In this document: positions 1-9,165 of the stretch, piece by piece
Layout: each line of letters starts with the position of its first letter
How positions within the stretch are numbered: position 1 is the first letter of the stretch
DNA from: an uncultured Methanomassiliicoccales archaeon
GTDB lineage: Archaea > Thermoplasmatota > Thermoplasmata > Methanomassiliicoccales > UBA472
NCBI GenBank assembly: GCA_963695345.1
Contig: OY968769.1
Coordinates: 1,600,001 to 1,664,000, forward strand
Direction: 5' to 3'
DNA: 64,000 nt
The notes under the pieces: model-generated
What the model was told of the DNA's origin: nothing
Database searches by the model: none
What the model saw: the letters and a program-made list of their open reading frames with translations, nothing else
Position numbers and translations under genes: made by a program

Positions 1-1027
1 CACATATCGGTCCGACGATATCGTAGTTGAACGTAGCCCTGGCCCCGAACTTGTTGGCCACCGCCACGTGGTGGAACGACCCGTAGAAGGCGGGCCGGAT
101 CAGCGTATTGAACCCCGCGTCGACGCCGGCGAAGGTCTTCTCCGGGTGTTCCTTTATGTCGCCCACCGTGGTCAGCAGGACCGTGGTGTCCGCCACCAGA
201 TATCGGCCCGGTTCGATGGCCAGCTTCCTCACGTAGCAGTTGTCCTTGATGTAGTTGGATACCTCCGAGGAGAGCGCCTCGACATCCATGTGGTTGTCCT
301 CCAGATGGTAGGGGATGCCGATGCCGCCCCCGATATCAATGGTCTCCAATTTCAGGCCTAGATGGTCGCGGATATCATTGGCGATGTCCACCAGCACCTG
401 GGTGACCTGAAGGAAGGGCGCCGTTTCCTGCACGCCGGCCCCGATGTGGGCATGGATGCCGAACGGCTTGAATCCCAGGGAAAGGGCCTCCTGGTAGGTG
501 TCGAGGATCTGCTCCTTGGGTACGCCGAACTTGGTGGTCTTGGCCCCGGTCACCACGTGATGGTGGTGTCCCGCCCCCACTCCTGGATTGACCCGGAAGG
601 ATATGGGGTGGGTGCTGTCCATGGCCGCCAACCGCCTCATCTGGTTGATGGAGTCCACATTGATCGGAATGCCCAGGTCGACAACCTGCTGCATCTCCTT
701 GTCTGAGACCATGACCCCGGTGTACAGGATGCGGTCAGGGGCGAATCCCGCGCTTAGACACAGCCTGACCTCGTAAACGGAAACGGCGTCGATGCATGAG
801 CCTTCCTGCTGCAGTATGCGCAGCAAGGAGAGGTTCGAGTTCGCCTTGCACGCATAGTGAATGTTCGTCGGCAGATTCCTCTGGAACGCCTTGTCGATGC
901 GTCTGAAATTGCCCCTTAGGGCATCCTCGTCGGTAACATAGACCGGAGTGCCATACTTCGCGGCGATATCGGTCGCCCTTACTCCGCCAATCATCATCTG
1001 ACCCTTGTCACTCTTGAAATCCCTCAT
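1..1027 (-). CDS. lysA: Diaminopimelate decarboxylase (runs off the window edge)
   Basis: Manual translation from ATG 1027 gives MRDFKSDKGQMMIGG...YGTPVYV...HYACKANSN (PLP-lysine motif). It follows lysC in the DAP operon and is not in the ORF track. Confidence 0.92.
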   Translation of the reverse strand, partial: MRDFKSDKGQMMIGGVRATDIAAKYGTPVYVTDEDALRGNFRRIDKAFQRNLPTNIHYACKANSNLSLLRILQQEGSCIDAVSVYEVRLCLSAGFAPDRILYTGVMVSDKEMQQVVDLGIPINVDSINQMRRLAAMDSTHPISFRVNPGVGAGHHHHVVTGAKTTKFGVPKEQILDTYQEALSLGFKPFGIHAHIGAGVQETAPFLQVTQVLVDIANDIRDHLGLKLETIDIGGGIGIPYHLEDNHMDVEALSSEVSNYIKDNCYVRKLAIEPGRYLVADTTVLLTTVGDIKEHPEKTFAGVDAGFNTLIRPAFYGSFHHVAVANKFGARATFNYDIVGPIC

Positions 1028-1032
1028 CTGAA

Positions 1033-2385
1033 TCACCCAATGTACATTTCGTGAAGCTTCCTAATCACATCTATCGCCTTGGAGCTTGGAACAACGAAGT
1101 TGAGCGCCACGTCCGACGCGCCCTCCGATATCATCTCCACGTTCGCTCCCACCGCGGCCACCACGGCGAACACCTTCGCCGACACTCCCGTGTTCTCCAG
1201 CAGGCTGTCCCCCACCGCGCAGATCAGCGCCATATCCTCTTTGACAGTGACCGATTCGATATCCTCCTTCATGGACTGAACCCTTTCCATGACCTCGGCG
1301 ATCGAGGAGGAGGGCAACGCCACTGCCAGCGTGGACAGGGATGTTGACACCGCATAGGTGGAGACCCCATTGGCGTTGACCGATTCCAGTATCTTGGTCA
1401 ACAGGCTTGGCTGGTAGGCGATCTCCGATGAATAGAACTTGACCACGGCCAGATCGTTCTTCATCGCCACGCTTCTCAGCAACGTCGTCCCGAAGGTTTT
1501 CATACTGAATATCTTGGTACCGTAAGCATCCGGTTTGAAGGTGTTCTTCACCCATACCGGTATGTTCTTGCGCTTTGCCGGCAGGATGGTGCGTGGGTGG
1601 AGAACCTTGGCACCGAAATAAGCCAGTTCGGCCGCCTCTCCATAGTCCATGTCGTGTATCGTCTTGGCCTCGGGGACGATGCGCGGGTCGGCGCTCATGA
1701 AACCGGTCACGTCCGTCCATATCTCCAGGACATCCGCGTTGAGGCCGTTCGCCACCACCGATCCAGAGTAGTCCGAGCCCCCCCGACCGAATGTGATGGG
1801 CCTTCCCAGCCGTTCGCATCCGTAGAACCCGGTGATGATGGGTACCCAGCCCTCCTTGATCATCGGGCCGATCGTCGCCATGAGGTTCTTGGATGTGGCC
1901 GCCAGATCGGCCGTGCCGTTCCCCGGGAGGCCGGTGGCTACGATTCCCGCTTCCTCCGAGAGTATCGGCACCGCTTCTACGTCCTTGGAGCGCAGGATGT
2001 ACGTCAGTGTCAATGAGGATAGTCGTTCCCCCCATGACTGGACCGCATCCTGTATCATGATCCGGTCCTCGTTCTTGTGATAATACTCCATGAGGTCATG
2101 GAGTTTCTCCAGCCGGTCGTCCAGTCTCAGCTGGAACGCGGCCATGTTGTTCTCGTCCATCCGTCCGGCGGCGGTCTGTTCATGCTTCTCCCGAAGCTTT
2201 TCCACGAGTTCCCGCGGGTCTGATTCCGAGTCGTTCATGGCTGCGATGAGGGTGTTGGTGACCCCTGACATGGCGGAGACGACGACAGCCTTGTGCGCCG
2301 GCTCGTTCTTGATGATGTCGGACGTCCGGTCCATGGCCTCTCCGGAGCCGACGCTTGTCCCTCCGAACTTCATGACCTTGATCAT
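1033..2385 (-). CDS. lysC: Aspartate kinase
   Basis: MKFGGTSVG, VVVSAMSG, GRGGSDYS and GAKVLHP motifs plus C-terminal ACT domains. The start overlaps the dapB stop (ATGA). Confidence 0.95.
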   Translation of the reverse strand: MIKVMKFGGTSVGSGEAMDRTSDIIKNEPAHKAVVVSAMSGVTNTLIAAMNDSESDPRELVEKLREKHEQTAAGRMDENNMAAFQLRLDDRLEKLHDLMEYYHKNEDRIMIQDAVQSWGERLSSLTLTYILRSKDVEAVPILSEEAGIVATGLPGNGTADLAATSKNLMATIGPMIKEGWVPIITGFYGCERLGRPITFGRGGSDYSGSVVANGLNADVLEIWTDVTGFMSADPRIVPEAKTIHDMDYGEAAELAYFGAKVLHPRTILPAKRKNIPVWVKNTFKPDAYGTKIFSMKTFGTTLLRSVAMKNDLAVVKFYSSEIAYQPSLLTKILESVNANGVSTYAVSTSLSTLAVALPSSSIAEVMERVQSMKEDIESVTVKEDMALICAVGDSLLENTGVSAKVFAVVAAVGANVEMISEGASDVALNFVVPSSKAIDVIRKLHEMYIG

Positions 2386-3170
2386 ATTCCCAGAACCTCC
2401 GCCATGGTGTGCACCTTTCCATCCTTCCTTGCGTTTACCCAGCCGATGGCGGTTATGCACCCTTCGGCGAACGCTTCCCTGGAATGGGCCCGGTGGGTGA
2501 GCTCGATCCTCTCCCGATTGCCGGCGAATATCACCGTGTGCTCTCCCACAACGTCCCCGGCGCGAACCGCGTGGATGCCGATCTCCCTGCCTCTGGCCCC
2601 GACCACGCCCTGTCTCCCGTAGACAAACTTGTCCACGTTGGTGGCCTTGGAGATGATGTCCGCCGCTTTCATCGCTGTTCCCGACGGGGCGTCCTTCTTC
2701 TTGTCGTGGTGCGTCTCGATGATCTCCACCTCATAGCCGTCAAGTGCCATGGCCAATACCTCGCAGGCCTTCCAGAACACATTGACGCCGACGGAGAAAT
2801 TGGGTGACGCCACCGCCGAGATGCCGTGTGCCCTCACCTTGTCGGAGAAGTCGTTCATTGATTCCGGGGTGATCCCGGTGGTGCCGACAACGCAGTTCAC
2901 CCCCATCGCCGATGCGATGGCCAAATTCCCCGGTGCCACTGCCGGGTTGGTCACGTCGACGAACACGTCGGTCTCCCTGAGCGACGCCGCAAGGCCTTCC
3001 GGACCGACCGCCACGACCCCCGGTGCGATCTCCTTGCCGACGTGGCCTCCGCTGGAAGACACTATCGCCCCGACCAGGCGCATATCGCCATGGGCCTGGA
3101 CCAGCGAACATACCATGGAGCCCAGTTTGCCAGTGGCTCCCGCTACACATACGCGGATCGTTTCCATCAC
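2382..3170 (-). CDS. dapB: 4-hydroxy-tetrahydrodipicolinate reductase
   Basis: GATGKLG, GTTG and ETHHDKKKDAPSGTA motifs. Confidence 0.95.
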   Translation of the reverse strand: MMETIRVCVAGATGKLGSMVCSLVQAHGDMRLVGAIVSSSGGHVGKEIAPGVVAVGPEGLAASLRETDVFVDVTNPAVAPGNLAIASAMGVNCVVGTTGITPESMNDFSDKVRAHGISAVASPNFSVGVNVFWKACEVLAMALDGYEVEIIETHHDKKKDAPSGTAMKAADIISKATNVDKFVYGRQGVVGARGREIGIHAVRAGDVVGEHTVIFAGNRERIELTHRAHSREAFAEGCITAIGWVNARKDGKVHTMAEVLGI

Positions 3171-3171
3171 C

Positions 3172-4059
3172 TCAGAGCAATTCCAGGTCGACCAATGTCT
3201 TGCGTAGGATATCCTGATTGCTTTGGTCCATCTCGCAGAGGGGCAGACGGAATATTCCCGATGGCCTCTTCATCATGCGGACGGCGGTCTTGACCGGGAT
3301 CGGATTGCTGTCAATGAACAGGTTGGTGAACAGTGGCAGCAGTTTGAAATGGATATCCCTGGCACTCGAATACTCCCCGGCCATGATATGATGGGTCATG
3401 TCTGATACGAGCTTGGGAACGACGTTCGAGGCCACCGAGATCACCCCCTTCGCCCCCATCGCCATCATCGGGTAGGTTAGGGAATCATCGCCAGAAATCA
3501 CATCGAACGTCCTGGGGACATCGGCCAATATCTGCATGATCTGGTTCAGGTTGCCGGACGCTTCCTTGATGCCAACGATTCCGGGGAGGTCCGCCAGCTT
3601 CTTGACTGTCGCTGGTGCGATGTTCGAACCGGTCCTGCCGGGTACGTTGTACACGATTATCGGGATGTCCACCGCCTTCGTGACCGCCTCGTAGTGAATG
3701 AATATGCCCTTCTGGGTGGGCTTGTTGTAGTATGGCGATATCGAGAGCACGGCGTCGACACCGAGGTCCTTGGCCGCCTTCGTAAGGTGGATCGCCTCAT
3801 GGGTGGCATTGCTTCCCGCTCCCGCGATGACCTTGGCCCTCTTGACCTGGTCGACCACGATCTCGATCACCTTCACATGTTCCTTGTGCGTCAGGGTGGC
3901 TGATTCGCCCGTCGTTCCACATGGTACGATGGCATCGACGCCCCCTTCTTCCTGCAGTCTTACCAGTTCGCGCAGGCCGTCCTCGTCGACCTCACCAGTG
4001 TCCTTGAACGGTGTGATGATCGCCGTTGCAGTTCCTTCCAACATTTCACTCGCCTCCAA
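3172..4059 (-). CDS. dapA: 4-hydroxy-tetrahydrodipicolinate synthase
   Basis: GTTGES, YNVPGRTG and GIKEASG motifs. Confidence 0.95.
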   Translation of the reverse strand: MEASEMLEGTATAIITPFKDTGEVDEDGLRELVRLQEEGGVDAIVPCGTTGESATLTHKEHVKVIEIVVDQVKRAKVIAGAGSNATHEAIHLTKAAKDLGVDAVLSISPYYNKPTQKGIFIHYEAVTKAVDIPIIVYNVPGRTGSNIAPATVKKLADLPGIVGIKEASGNLNQIMQILADVPRTFDVISGDDSLTYPMMAMGAKGVISVASNVVPKLVSDMTHHIMAGEYSSARDIHFKLLPLFTNLFIDSNPIPVKTAVRMMKRPSGIFRLPLCEMDQSNQDILRKTLVDLELL

Positions 4060-4495
4060 AATGTTCTTTCAGTATCAATCTGGTCCTAGTGGATTGTACA
4101 TTATCGAAACGACGGATCCTTTCGATTATCTCGTTCAGCTGGGGAGATGATGTGACATCGATTATCGCCACGATGTCCTCTTCCCCGGTGACCTCGAAAA
4201 CCTCAGAAACGCCTGCGAACTTCGCAATGTTTCCTGCGACTTCCGATGTATTCACGTTCACGTCGATCTTGACCTCGATCAGAGCCTTGACGTTCTTGCT
4301 GCTCGTCTTGATCGTGAAGCTCTGGATGACTCCTTCCTCGAACAGTTTCTTGACCCTGCTGCGAATCGTACCTTCAGATACATTGAGCTCCGTGGCTATC
4401 TCCACGAACGGTCGCCTGGAATCCTTTTTCAGTATCTCTATGATCTTGTCGTCGAGATGATCGATCAAATACATCCCTTCTTCGATTTGTCGCAA
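4046..4495 (-). CDS. Lrp/AsnC family regulator (LysM-like) at the head of the lysine operon
   Basis: N-terminal AsnC HTH (LDDKIIEILKKDSRRPF..IA..LNVSEGTIRSRVK) and RAM domain; overlaps the dapA start. Confidence 0.88.
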   Translation of the reverse strand: MRQIEEGMYLIDHLDDKIIEILKKDSRRPFVEIATELNVSEGTIRSRVKKLFEEGVIQSFTIKTSSKNVKALIEVKIDVNVNTSEVAGNIAKFAGVSEVFEVTGEEDIVAIIDVTSSPQLNEIIERIRRFDNVQSTRTRLILKEHFGGE

Positions 4496-4590
4496 TATTC
4501 TTAATTGATTTCGTATTGCAGATTACGTAAAAGTTAGGATACTATTTTAATTCTTCCGAAAAAGCTCGGATTGAGCTACTGCATCACCAG

Positions 4591-5046
4591 TTACTTCAGC
4601 CTCAGTTGCTCTATGAACTGTAGCCATCTCTTCTCGTCATTCACCTTGGCCATCAGGGCGGTCTTCTGGTATTTGGCCAGATCTCCATGCGAATTCCTCA
4701 GCTCGTCAACCGCCCTCAACAAACCGCAGACCTCATCCAGTATCCGATAGGCATTGACCCGCGTCACCTCGCGGTCGTTCAAATGTTTCTCCAGGTCGCG
4801 GGCCTTCCTTTCGAGGATATCGGCCAATTCCTTTGCCCCCTGGATATCCTCTGGCGAGGGGTTCTCCTCAGAAATGAATTTGAAGATGACGTCCCTCAGG
4901 TCGATCTCTCTCCCTTCCACGATCTCATGCTGCGGAATGAATTTTCCAACCCAGAACAGAAGTGAATGGATCCGTGAAACGATGGCTGCCCTATCCCCGT
5001 CAGAAAGACGTTCCGAGCCGTTCACTCCATTCGTGCCAGTGGTCAT
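4591..5046 (-). CDS. Conserved archaeal protein (DUF5788-like)
   Basis: 151-aa ORF; the WVGKFIP...EIDLRDVIF pattern resembles this euryarchaeal family (recalled). Confidence 0.55.
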   Translation of the reverse strand: MTTGTNGVNGSERLSDGDRAAIVSRIHSLLFWVGKFIPQHEIVEGREIDLRDVIFKFISEENPSPEDIQGAKELADILERKARDLEKHLNDREVTRVNAYRILDEVCGLLRAVDELRNSHGDLAKYQKTALMAKVNDEKRWLQFIEQLRLK

Positions 5047-5097
5047 TTCGCTGATACATTCACTCTCTAACGTTATTAATCATCCGGAATCGAGCGA

Positions 5098-5988
5098 TCA
5101 TCGTGAGAGAGATGATACCAGGCTGACAAATGCCCGGTTCAGCCGAACATCTAGCCCTGCCTCGGTCCCGACACGGGCGATCTCCCCATTGATGTGGTCG
5201 ATCTCGGTCCTCTTTCCCCTCTCCACGTCCTGAAGCATGCTGGAACGGTTGCCCGCGGTGGCTCTTGCGAGGTTCTCCACCTCCGTGAATGTCAGGTCCT
5301 GGGGTCCGAACTGTCCGGTCGACGACCCGACCGAGCAGGATTCCCGGAAACAGAGCCTGGCCAGGTCATTGATGTCCCGATCGTCGATGATGACCGCATT
5401 GAGCTTCCTGGTGATGGCCGTGATGGGATTGATACATGAGCTGATGACCGCCTTTTTCCAGACGTCCTTCCGTATGTCCGGGGAACGGCGACATGGGATC
5501 CCTGCCGGGCGGAACGACTCCAGGACTATATCCTGGGAATCGTCTGGACCTTCCAATCCTCCCATGGCCACCTCACCCAATCCAGTGAGCCTGACGTGCC
5601 CTGGTCCGACGTAGTCGGCGCCCAGGTTGGTTATTCCGATCATTGATCCAGGTCGTAATTCCATCACGTCCCTCAGTACAGTCAACCCGTTCTGAATGGT
5701 CAGCAAGGGCGTGCGTTCCCCCAGAAGTTGGGCGACCGAGCACATTGACGCCCTTGTGTCGTAGGCCTTCACCGTCAATATGACCAGGTCCTGGACCGGC
5801 AATCCCTCGGCATCCGTCGTTGCCTTCGGGAACACCTTCCTTTCCACCAGTCCATCCAACCGCAGGCCGTTCGCATTGATCTCCCGCGCATGGTCCTCGC
5901 GGCAGATCAGAGTAATGTTATGGCTTTCCGCCATCAGGCCTCCGATCACGCTTCCCAGGGCTCCTGCCCCATACACTGCTATCCGCAT
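5098..5988 (-). CDS. panE: Ketopantoate reductase
   Basis: GAGALGS, TVKAYD, QNGL and SSMLQDVERGKRTEIDHING motifs. Confidence 0.92.
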   Translation of the reverse strand: MRIAVYGAGALGSVIGGLMAESHNITLICREDHAREINANGLRLDGLVERKVFPKATTDAEGLPVQDLVILTVKAYDTRASMCSVAQLLGERTPLLTIQNGLTVLRDVMELRPGSMIGITNLGADYVGPGHVRLTGLGEVAMGGLEGPDDSQDIVLESFRPAGIPCRRSPDIRKDVWKKAVISSCINPITAITRKLNAVIIDDRDINDLARLCFRESCSVGSSTGQFGPQDLTFTEVENLARATAGNRSSMLQDVERGKRTEIDHINGEIARVGTEAGLDVRLNRAFVSLVSSLSR

Positions 5989-6929
5989 CAGACCGCCATC
6001 CATTTCTTGCGTTGCTCCTTCGACATTCGGTCAGCGATCCGCAGAGGATCTTTGGACCTGTCCGCGGTCGCCTTGCGTACGATCTCGACGGCGGTCCCGA
6101 GGGAGATGCGATGACCGACCGAAACGTAAAGGGGCCGGTTATTCGGGAGAGTGAGCCTGGTGCCTAGTACTTCTCCATCCACGACGATGGGTGATTCCTC
6201 TGAGCCGCTTTCCTCCACCTTTCCGACGAGAAGGCTTTTCGCCACTCCCACGGTAGGCACGTCCAGGCAGACCCCGATATGGCAGGCGATACCAAACCGC
6301 CTAGGGTGCAGGGTTCCCTGTCCATCGATCAGGTGGACGGTGTCCTGAGATGTCGGGTCTATCAGGCGGCTTAGGATAGGCAGTTCGCGATAGGTCAGGT
6401 AGGTCGGCACATACGGGAACAGGACCTTCCCCTTTTCCAGACGGCTGCCGACTATCTCTCCGGTCATGGCTTCTTGGATGACCTTGACCGCAAAGGCATC
6501 ATCGCCCCGATATGACACGTCCAGCGCCGCGTACGCGTTCGGTTCCGCAAAATCGTCACCGGCCACAACCAACGGCCTCAGCTCCTCTTGCCTGAGCCTC
6601 ATCTTCTCGAGCAGAGGCTCGATGTCGAAATCTTGGAAGAGGTGTTTCTTCAGATCAGATACCTTGCCCGCTATGATATCGACCCCCTCATCCCGCAACA
6701 GGGACTCTTTCCTTTCCCTTCCGCATCCCTTCCCGGCATACCAGCCGACCTCCCCATCATTGTAGACGATCCGGTGGCAAGGGACGACTATCGGAGTCGG
6801 GTTTTCTGAAAGTATCATGCCGACGGCCCGGGCGGCCCTTATGTCTCCAAGGGCCCGGGCTATCGCTCCGTATGTTGAGACCATTCCCCGGGGGATCTGA
6901 GCCGTGGCCTCATAGACCAGATTGGCCAT
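5988..6929 (-). CDS. O6-alkylguanine-DNA alkyltransferase / endonuclease V fusion
   Basis: N-terminal RAVG...PCHRIV; C-terminal LDVSY, PYVPTYLTYRE, DGQGTLHPRRFGIACHIG, GVAKS. The start codon is uncertain (ORF open to 7046). Confidence 0.9.
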   Translation of the reverse strand: MANLVYEATAQIPRGMVSTYGAIARALGDIRAARAVGMILSENPTPIVVPCHRIVYNDGEVGWYAGKGCGRERKESLLRDEGVDIIAGKVSDLKKHLFQDFDIEPLLEKMRLRQEELRPLVVAGDDFAEPNAYAALDVSYRGDDAFAVKVIQEAMTGEIVGSRLEKGKVLFPYVPTYLTYRELPILSRLIDPTSQDTVHLIDGQGTLHPRRFGIACHIGVCLDVPTVGVAKSLLVGKVEESGSEESPIVVDGEVLGTRLTLPNNRPLYVSVGHRISLGTAVEIVRKATADRSKDPLRIADRMSKEQRKKWMAV

Positions 6930-7023
6930 GTCATGGTCCTCGAGATCTAAACCACAGGGAACGCTGGCGGTCCCGCCCTTCCTTATCATGCCCATTGTGG
7001 GAGAGGCCATCATCGTTTTGAAT

Positions 7024-8481
7024 CTATCGCAAACCAAATGAGGCACGCCGATGTCTCCCCACTGCCATCACCAACAAAGCGCTGATCCCCAGCAGCGCCG
7101 CATCCAACAAGATTGCTATTGTCCAGTCACCCGTCGAGTCCCGGAGCGTGCCGGAAACGACAGGCGACGACAGGGCCCCGAGCTCGGCCACAAGGTTCCA
7201 CATTCCGAAGGTCTGTCCCATCTTCTCAGGCGCTGCCAGGTCCGCGGTCAGGGTCATATGGAACGTCTGCATGGCCGCGAACACGACGCCGATGGCGAAT
7301 ATCAGTGCTGTCAGCAAGATCAGGTCCGGACGGCCGGTCGAAAGGCAAAGGGCAAGAAACGAGACCAGCAGAGCCAGCAGGAAACAGGTGATGACGTACG
7401 CCTTCTTTCTTCCTGCTGGGGATATCCGGTCTCCGATCTTGCCCCCGATGGGATATCCTAGGATATTGGCCAGACCAAAGAAACCCGCATAGAGCGCCGC
7501 CCCGGCGATCCCAAGGTTCGCCGCTTCGCTCACCACCATCGTTGCCCAGAATCCGAAGAACCATAACGTATAGAGGATCGGGATGGCCGAAACATACATC
7601 AACAGGAGGTCACGGCCCATTATCGACCGGTCGATGGTGCGACCTGAACCCTTGACGATGAACAGCAGAAGCACCATGGCCAAAGACCCTACCGCCACCG
7701 CCTGTAATATGGTGTTCAAGCCCAGCTCGACGGTCAGCGTATAGACGGCCATGATGGACAGGAAGATCACCGCCGAGGTTGCGCCCAGTCCAATAAGGGC
7801 GCGACGGTAGCTACCCTTGACTGGCTGTTCTTTCCCTTTGAATCGGAATAGTAGGAGCGATATCAGAAGGGTCGGTCCCGAGAATATCAGGAAAGGTACA
7901 GTCCAGGCTGTTTCCTTCCCCAGGCTTTGCGCTGCCAGGTCCAGTATGTAAGGGGTGAGCACGGTCGCGATGGTGAGCCCCGTTCCCAGACCCACGAACA
8001 CGATGCCCATTCCCATAGCCCTTTTTTCCTTCGGGGTCTCCGCGGCGACCAACGCTCGGTCGTTGGAGTAGTACGCCCCCTCGCCTAGGCCAGTCGCCAC
8101 CCTGGTGGAGACGAATGCGGTCAGGGTGTTGGACAGGGCAGTGATCCCGGTGAAAATCCCCGCCCACGCGGTGCTGATCACCAGCAGGACCTTCCGCCCG
8201 TACTTGTCACCCAAGTATCCGGCTGGGAATTGGGTTAGCATATACCCGGCGAAGAACATCGATCCGATTATTCCGCCGATGGCATACGGCACCGTCGTGT
8301 CGGAAAGGAAGGATACCTCGTTGGCGATCATCCAGGACACGACCGGTCCGGTAATGGACCGATCTATATAGCAAAACATCCAGGCCAGGAAAAGATAGAC
8401 CCAGAGGGTATGGTAGCGCTTCCACCCCGTACGAAATCGATGATGCTTACCTTCCTCTTCCGGACCGTCCACCAGCTTCAC
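7024..8481 (-). CDS. MFS transporter
   Basis: CYIDR and GYLGDKYGRK (MFS motif A); many TM segments. Confidence 0.88.
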   Translation of the reverse strand: MKLVDGPEEEGKHHRFRTGWKRYHTLWVYLFLAWMFCYIDRSITGPVVSWMIANEVSFLSDTTVPYAIGGIIGSMFFAGYMLTQFPAGYLGDKYGRKVLLVISTAWAGIFTGITALSNTLTAFVSTRVATGLGEGAYYSNDRALVAAETPKEKRAMGMGIVFVGLGTGLTIATVLTPYILDLAAQSLGKETAWTVPFLIFSGPTLLISLLLFRFKGKEQPVKGSYRRALIGLGATSAVIFLSIMAVYTLTVELGLNTILQAVAVGSLAMVLLLFIVKGSGRTIDRSIMGRDLLLMYVSAIPILYTLWFFGFWATMVVSEAANLGIAGAALYAGFFGLANILGYPIGGKIGDRISPAGRKKAYVITCFLLALLVSFLALCLSTGRPDLILLTALIFAIGVVFAAMQTFHMTLTADLAAPEKMGQTFGMWNLVAELGALSSPVVSGTLRDSTGDWTIAILLDAALLGISALLVMAVGRHRRASFGLR

Positions 8482-8565
8482 CAGCCGGTTTCCTGGTTGG
8501 CGGGCTGGAAACGGTAAACAATGCCCGATGGTATATCGCGAACGTGGTCTTCAGGTTTGCTATCC

Positions 8566-9075
8566 TCAGTCCATGCTCTTTCCGTATGAGTTCCAGTAGA
8601 CCAGCTCGTTCATCGACTTCCTGGACCTTGCCTCCGGAGCCTCGTCCGGATATCCAATCGCCAGACATACGGTGATGACCTTGTCCTTGGGCACGTTCAG
8701 ATAAGTTGCCATCTTTTCCGGTTCAAAGGCTCCCACCCAGCAGGTCCCCAGCCCGTTCTCGGCGGCGGCCAGGGTTATGTGGTCCAGGGCGATGGACAGG
8801 TCCACCCGGTTCCATTTCTGTTGCGGGTCGTCGACACCTGCGATGAAGGCGGAAGCTTCCCCGACGAAGCGCTGGTTCTTGCACAAAGGGACCAGCTCCT
8901 TCCTTTTTTCCGGGTCTGTGACAACGATGAGGTGGAACGGCTGCCTGTTGGCCCCTGAAGGGGCCAGCCGGGCTGCCTCGAGGACCTGGAGCAGGACATC
9001 TTGGGGTATCTCCTTCGCCTTGTACTTTCTGATGCTCCTTCTGTTCTTAATCGTCTCAATCGCGTCCATGGTCAA
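8566..9075 (-). CDS. Nitroreductase family protein
   Basis: RRSIRKY, APSGANRQP and GLGTCWVG motifs. Confidence 0.92.
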   Translation of the reverse strand: MTMDAIETIKNRRSIRKYKAKEIPQDVLLQVLEAARLAPSGANRQPFHLIVVTDPEKRKELVPLCKNQRFVGEASAFIAGVDDPQQKWNRVDLSIALDHITLAAAENGLGTCWVGAFEPEKMATYLNVPKDKVITVCLAIGYPDEAPEARSRKSMNELVYWNSYGKSMD

Positions 9076-9165
9076 ACTCTCGGTGCGTTACAATCGGAGC
9101 TTCCGACTAAAGCATTTTGCTCCGGAAACGGCGGAATGAAGGAATTGGTTTCCAAGTAGTTCCGG

